A stretch of 64,000 nucleotides of DNA. It comes from Flectonema sp. DT1601. Taxonomy: Eukaryota. Position 1 is the first letter of the stretch; each line of letters starts with the position of its first letter. The stretch spans positions 310,001-374,000 of the forward strand of contig OZ025783.1 in assembly GCA_964019425.1 (NCBI GenBank), written 5' to 3'. The translations under genes were made by a program, and so were the position numbers. Positions 60,162-64,000 of the stretch are shown piece by piece. The notes under the pieces were generated by a model. The model saw nothing but the letters and a program-made list of their open reading frames with translations, did not search any database and was not told where the DNA came from.

Positions 60162-61031
60162 TCATATACCTTCGTGTGATTGTAGCTGAACTGGAGGCTG
60201 TTTAACTGGAGCAAACAATGAATTCGGGAGATACCTCGAAATAATATCTGGTACCGGAATCAATAAAATAATAGGAAGTATCCCTACCACCCAAAGCTGG
60301 AATACTACTTCAGGGATCATTCGAACAGCCTCTCTACACAGTGGAATTTCAACCGCGTTGATAGCGGCACGTAAAACATCACAGCTACCAGTGCAATTCG
60401 TTGATGATAACAAACTATTAAAGGCCCTTAATGATACAGGACGATAGTCAACACAAACATCAATCAAATACGAAGAGAGCATCCAAACAACAGCCGATGC
60501 TGTAAATGCTACAGCTGAACAGATCCCTGCTGATATCATAAAGAACGGCAAATACAACGCTGGTTTTCTCAGAAAGATTAAAACTAATAAAAACGTACAA
60601 ACATACAACAAAATTTCGATAAATATAAAATAACCAACTGCGTTATAATAATAAACATTATGGTTTCCGGCAGGCATCGCAACGGCTTCAGCAGCGGTAA
60701 AGCTTTTTGTGTTAGTGGTAACAGCATACATAGTATTCTCTGCCCGCCTGATGGTTTCTGAAATATCCAAAGCCGACTGCGAAATCTGAACCCCACTTTG
60801 TAATAGTAACATGAACGACACTCCAGTCAGTAGCCTTGATGGAGCCAAAGCCTCTTCTCTGTTTATATATATCCTCTTTGACAAGAACAACGCAAATACT
60901 GCCATAGCAATGGTCCACAAACACGACCAACAGTTAACTATAAAATACCTGGAGCACCTTGCTAACCAAAACGGACAAGTAGATGCAAAGCAGACACATT
61001 CAGGTAAAGAATCATTTTCCCAATGAAGCAT
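60162..61031 (-). CDS. Hypothetical multi-pass membrane protein (~289 aa from first ATG; could be a terminal exon)
   Basis: About five hydrophobic stretches and a Cys-rich loop; ATG at 61031 follows ttctatcttttttcaaatAG. Confidence 0.7.
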   Translation of the reverse strand: MLHWENDSLPECVCFASTCPFWLARCSRYFIVNCWSCLWTIAMAVFALFLSKRIYINREEALAPSRLLTGVSFMLLLQSGVQISQSALDISETIRRAENTMYAVTTNTKSFTAAEAVAMPAGNHNVYYYNAVGYFIFIEILLYVCTFLLVLIFLRKPALYLPFFMISAGICSAVAFTASAVVWMLSSYLIDVCVDYRPVSLRAFNSLLSSTNCTGSCDVLRAAINAVEIPLCREAVRMIPEVVFQLWVVGILPIILLIPVPDIISRYLPNSLFAPVKQPPVQLQSHEGI

Positions 61032-61187
61032 TTCCCTATTTGAAAAAAGATAGAACTGACAATCATAATAAAAGAGACAACATTGAGATCTTATCAACGA
61101 TGATAAATTTTAATTAAACCAATTCAAAAAATATCACAACGCTGGTGTGTAGTTAGGGAAGGGAAACTTTTTAGAATTATTAATGTA

Positions 61188-61957
61188 CATAGATGGAAGT
61201 GCCCTCCAAATTTGGAGGGCGCCTGGTGAAAATCAGCCACAAAAATTTGTAGGGCCAAAATAGGGCCATTGTAGGGCCAAAATAGGGCCAAAATAGGGCG
61301 CTGGAGGGCGCGTAGGGCGCTTTTTTAATTAAATTTAATATAATGCCGAGCTCATTTTGACACACCCCTGCCCTCAGCGAGGGTCGAATCGCATCTTATT
61401 TGACTTTTCTCCGGTTCGCCCGATCAAATGCGTCTCTGGGATATCAGTTTACTTGCCACTAGTAAACTTCTTTTTTTTCTCACAAGGTACCGTGAAGACC
61501 GGCCTATTAACAGGTTAGTAAGAACGCACTCTCCCTCCTCGAATCCCTCTATATTCGACTCGGTGCATTCTGCGGGCTAATCAGCTCCTTGTAGATCTGG
61601 GATGCATCGTCCACTGAAATGAGTTTCAGCTTCAGGGATTGCAGCAGGCTCCGGAAGCTCTCAAGGAGTAGCCTATTGTTTTTGCCATTGTTGACCTCCG
61701 AACCATGACCTGGAGGTCTCGGGTTCGAACCCCGTGACACCCATTTTTCTCTTTTTCGAAAGACTGCCAAGCATGTCAAAAATTTTTTTTGGCTTCTGCG
61801 TCAAAATACTTGTGCGTCAGTGTAAGTCGACGTCAATTTAGCTGTCTTATAGTAATAAAAAAGGTAAAAAAAAGCGCCCTCCAAAATAATATTTATATTA
61901 AAAGCGCCCTACAAGCGCCCTACACGCCCTCCAAATTGTAGGGCACTTCCATCTATG
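61188..61957. mobile_element. Non-autonomous DNA transposon/MITE, ~33-bp TIRs, 6-bp target site duplication AATGTA
   Basis: Left end catagatggaagtgccctccaaatttggagggcg; right end cgccctccaaattgtagggcacttccatctatg; AATGTA at 61182-61187 and 61958-61963; subterminal AGGGC/GCCCT repeats in opposite orientation at the two ends. Confidence 0.9.
61697..61748 (+). pseudogene. tRNA-like 3' half with B box and oligo-T, inside the TIR element
   Basis: TCCGA ACCATGA CCTGG AGGTC TCGGG TTCGAAC CCCGT GACACCC A TTTTT has canonical spacing from anticodon arm to discriminator. The anticodon stem pairs poorly and no matching 5' acceptor strand is present. Confidence 0.5.
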
Positions 61958-63685
61958 AATGTAAGTGAAAAAAAAAAGATACAAATAAAAACAGAAAATA
62001 AATAAATAAAAGATTGCCTTCTCTTCACATGGGAAGCAATCAATACTGGTGATGAAGAATTTTTTTTTTTTTTTTTCCCCAGAAGTCAATACCTCTAGAG
62101 TGACAGTCACAACCGTGAGACTCTCGCACGAGAGAAGAGATGCTTACGGGGGGCACATCAGTCAATCGATATCGTGCATTATAAAGACTCCCTCAGACGT
62201 AAAGGGACGGTGTGATCATCAAAATTCGTGTTAAGACCGCCTTGACATAAGAACAAGTGTTAAGGTGTTAAGGAAGGTTGATACCAATTTTCACCAAAAG
62301 AGAAAACCAATACTAAATTTAAAATAGAATAAATAAACAGAACCGGGAAAATATTTAAAAAACTAAAACACACATTCCTCAACAACTATTTGAGACACTC
62401 ACAGGCGAGAAGATTAAAGTTACAAACAGTGAGAGAGACGTGGAATGAATCATCCGCCTTACAGTTATTGTCACTCCCCTCAAGATTAAGATAGCGTACT
62501 AAATTAAGACAGATAAAAGAGATCTATTACACTACATATTGATCATCGCTGACAGCAAACTATAGAGCATTCGGTTTAACTTCAAAGAGCTACAATGCAA
62601 TAGCAACGTAAGTAGACCCAATCTTATGTTAAGTATGACTTCACTCTATTGAAGTATTAGATAAATGACTTCACTTTAAAAGAAAGCAAAAAAAGTGATT
62701 AATGTCCCAAAAGAGTCTGGGAAAGAGAGACTTCGTTTAAGGGACTAAAGCAATATTTGGTGTACGTATCGGCAAAAGGTCGCGAACGATTCCTGCTCGA
62801 TAAAATAAAGAACTGGAGAGGGAGCTACATATATTCTATCACACGTTCTGACTGCCAACCAGTAAAAGTTAATTAAGACAAAGAACAGATGCTTAAATAG
62901 TTAGTCCTGACTGTGGGATAAGTGAAGATAGTCTGGGTTAGTAAAAAGAGTTATTCAAGAAAAGAAAAATTGCAAACAGAAATAAGTGACCGCAACGAAA
63001 ACAGTTTATTTCACAATCATCGCGTTATTATTATCCAGTTTATCAAATCCAACAATTCCCTTCACATTATTTTTTTTTTTTTTTTTGCGCAAACCGAAAT
63101 AAATCTGCGAGCAACCAACTCTTCGCATTCTGATAACGCTCTCTCATCAACGCTCTCGGGAGAGAGGTAACTTGATACTACAATTAAACATAAAACAACT
63201 TGGAAACTTATTAAAACTAAAACAGGGTTCAAACCTACTTGCCATGTAAACAGACTCCGCTACGGGTTGAGCACCCCCCGCAGAGAGTGGCAGAAATGAT
63301 AAGCAGTTATTTTTTTGGAAAGTCAAAACAAAAAAAAAAGGGTTAGCTAGCAAAAAAGTCGGCTGCCACAAAAAGATATGTCTGCGAGATGGAAGAAAAA
63401 AGAAGAAAACAATAATAATAATAACAATGACTATTGCCCAGACAGGATTAACACTAACCAGCGACTCCACAGGACAGTAATCAAGAAAGCAACCACTCAC
63501 CCCACTCAATAGGTTACAGTCAGATACTTTCAGAAAGATGTTCACCAGTACCAAGCAGCTTCGTATTACTGCTTGGTGAATTAGGTAGCCAGAAAAGAAA
63601 TGATCATTTTGATATTTTATTGTGCATGAAAACTCGCTCAACGTTATTTTTAGCTCCACTGCAATACTTAAAGCGGGAAAAAGAA

Positions 63686-64000
63686 TCATGCCTACATCAA
63701 AAAGAAAATTAATAAATAAAAAAAAACCCATTCTCGCCTGATGCTTATCGTTTTAATAAATATTTATATTAAAGAAAAGGGGAGGAGGACTTAGGATAAA
63801 ATGTATCTTATAACCTTTCATTGAGAGGGGGGTTACTGATCGTTTTATGTTGTCAGGTATTCATTCTTTCGTATTTTCTTTTAAATATTACCTTCGCAGA
63901 CATACCAGTTGGTCGAAGTGGTGTTGTTGGATACACTGCGACAGGTAAGGGTTGTTTTGGAGAAGGAATACCGAGTCGTCTTGACCTTCTACGAATCCAA
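63686..64000 (-). CDS. Partial 3' end of a gene entering from the right edge, with a putative intron 63692-63891
   Basis: Open frame ..WIRRRSRRLGIPSPKQPLPVAVYPTTPLRPTGMSAK ends at AAG|gtaata; acceptor ttttgatgtAG|GCA TGA. A second open frame is also splice-compatible, so the frame is uncertain. Confidence 0.45.

Noticed and set aside
61697..61743. Intact tRNA-Met gene
   Set aside because: There is no complementary 5' acceptor strand or D arm and the anticodon stem pairs poorly, so it is kept only as a tRNA-like fragment.
63147..63731. 194-aa minus-strand ORF
   Set aside because: It runs through T-tracts and ATT repeats, starts inside a likely intron and has no recognisable motif; it is probably 3'-UTR sequence.

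Overview
AT-rich eukaryotic nuclear DNA with long poly(A)/poly(T) intergenic tracts. Every supportable gene lies on the minus strand, most are single-exon, and I see at least two short canonical GT-AG introns. This layout suggests a euglenozoan-type (possibly diplonemid) directional gene cluster, which is inference only. Genes by ascending coordinate: a PUF/Pumilio RNA-binding protein, a short alpha-actinin, a spliced IQ/coiled-coil protein, a small hypothetical protein, a cold-shock-domain protein with two copies of an unnamed C-terminal motif, a roughly 36-kb uninterrupted ORF encoding a ~12,000-aa modular repeat protein, a ~1,640-aa helical-repeat protein, a GC-rich old-yellow-enzyme oxidoreductase, a multi-pass membrane protein, and the spliced 3' end of a gene running off the window. 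Notable non-coding structure includes a 770-bp terminal-inverted-repeat (TIR) element with a 6-bp target duplication that carries a tRNA-like 3' half, a dispersed element downstream of both the actinin and giant-protein genes, a duplicated hairpin upstream of the PUF gene, and a 1.3-kb coding-like relic with no start codon. No CRISPR array, rRNA or intact tRNA was found.
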